Shown piece by piece: positions 62,976 through 64,000 of a stretch of DNA of 64,000 nt. Source of the stretch: Carpediemonas membranifera BICM. Lineage: Eukaryota > Protista > Fornicata. The stretch lies in assembly GCA_019828565.1 (NCBI GenBank), contig JAHDYR010000062.1, positions 1,485,058 to 1,549,057 on the forward strand, given 5' to 3'. Numbering within the stretch: the first letter of the stretch is position 1; each line of letters opens with the position of its first letter. Position numbers and translations under genes: made by a program. Below the pieces are notes generated by a model. It was not told where the DNA came from, ran no database searches, and worked only from the letters and a program-made list of their open reading frames with translations.

Positions 62976-64000
62976 ATGATTGAAACGGCCCTCTCGGCTT
63001 TGGTCCGGGATGCGGCACAAATAGACGGTGAGTTCATGAGTAGGATACAGCAGTTCCTCGAAACTGATCCTGGAGCTATCAATTCCATCGCCACCCTGCT
63101 CAACGAAGGCATCGGTCGCAGTGAGCTCCTATACCTGCTTTCATGGATGAAGTTCGCACTTCAGGAAGGGAAGAAGGACAATTGTAACGTTGGAGCTATC
63201 GAGAATGTCCTCCTGACGACACTATTCCGGGTGGGAACGCCCGTCGACCTGGCTATCGACACCATGCGCGCCCTGTCGTTCGCCGTCGCACCCGACTTCC
63301 CCAACAGACACACCACACACCTCATTCAGACAGCCGTGCAGACTGTCGGGCCCGTGCAGCGTCTCCCGCCCCCCGCACTCGACGCACTGTGCGGCCTGCT
63401 GGGGTCCCTGCCAGCCTGCCCCGCGGACCTCGTCGGTCTCCTCTGGGACCTACTACAGCCCCGGGAGGACGGGTGCATGGTCGCGTGGGGCCGGCTGGTC
63501 GGCCATGTCGAGGCCCTGGCGTCAGACACGGCCGCCCGGCTCGACCAGGGCCTACTCATCCAGGTCATCAACGCCGACCCTGCCAGTCCCACAGGCAGTT
63601 CAGTCGGACCTGCTGTCGCTGGCCTTCTGCTGGCGTCGCTCAAGACCGCGTCCCCGGCCGAGGCGGCGTCCGTCGTCAGCCGGTGCGACCCTCACACCCC
63701 CGGCGGGGTCAAGGCCGCCTGTCTGCTGGCCAAGCAATTTATCAGATACCCTGCCGTCGTGCAGCCCTTCGTTGCTGCTCTGACAGCCGCCCTCGCGGAC
63801 CCCACTCTCGCCGACGTCGCACTCGAGTTCTGGGCCACGCTCACCCCTGAAACCGACTGCGAGACCGAGGCTGAGCTAGCTGAGGCCCGGGATCAGCGGG
63901 CGTTCCTGCTGGCCACCGACGTGGCAGCTGGGGCGGTGCGGCAATGCGTCGCTCTGCTGGACGACACCGACTGGGACGACCAGGCTGACGCCGCAGCTGT
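62976..64000 (+). CDS. Partial ARM/HEAT-like protein (runs off window)
   Basis: Hand translation MIETALSALVRDAAQIDGEFMSRIQQFLE...VALEFWATL... open to the window end; start uncertain. Confidence 0.6.
   Translation, partial: MIETALSALVRDAAQIDGEFMSRIQQFLETDPGAINSIATLLNEGIGRSELLYLLSWMKFALQEGKKDNCNVGAIENVLLTTLFRVGTPVDLAIDTMRALSFAVAPDFPNRHTTHLIQTAVQTVGPVQRLPPPALDALCGLLGSLPACPADLVGLLWDLLQPREDGCMVAWGRLVGHVEALASDTAARLDQGLLIQVINADPASPTGSSVGPAVAGLLLASLKTASPAEAASVVSRCDPHTPGGVKAACLLAKQFIRYPAVVQPFVAALTAALADPTLADVALEFWATLTPETDCETEAELAEARDQRAFLLATDVAAGAVRQCVALLDDTDWDDQADAAA

Noticed and set aside
1-64000. tRNA/rRNA genes
   Set aside because: No cloverleaf or rRNA signature found by eye; tRNAscan/Infernal not run

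Overview
Gene-dense, GC-rich eukaryotic DNA with short intergenic spacers and tiny (28-31 nt) spliceosomal introns. Gene content and intron style suggest an anaerobic flagellate of the Fornicata (Carpediemonas-like); this is inference only. About 30 protein genes are supported. They include flagellar/centriolar genes (POC1, a shortened kintoun, SSNA1-like), SmE, Cwf18, TFIIE-alpha, Ctf8, CYFIP, G-alpha, a TBC GAP, glycogen phosphorylase, an NVL-like AAA ATPase, a Tim17-family protein, a Fex fluoride exporter, a ZIP transporter, a cis-prenyltransferase and a bacterial-type ornithine decarboxylase. Two genes fuse bacterial sensor domains to eukaryotic partners (FIST-adenylate cyclase; PocR-TmcB-like). 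The main finding is two decayed, transposase-less Fanzor (eukaryotic TnpB-like, RNA-guided RuvC nuclease) elements at about 5.7-7.9 kb (+) and 56.5-58.9 kb (-). They share a structured 3' element ending in AATGTGTTTATACTGCGCAACA (candidate omegaRNA scaffold). In element 2 the putative guide is duplicated (30/31 nt) just outside its own left end. Element 1's left end abuts a 43-nt copy of element 2's scaffold end.
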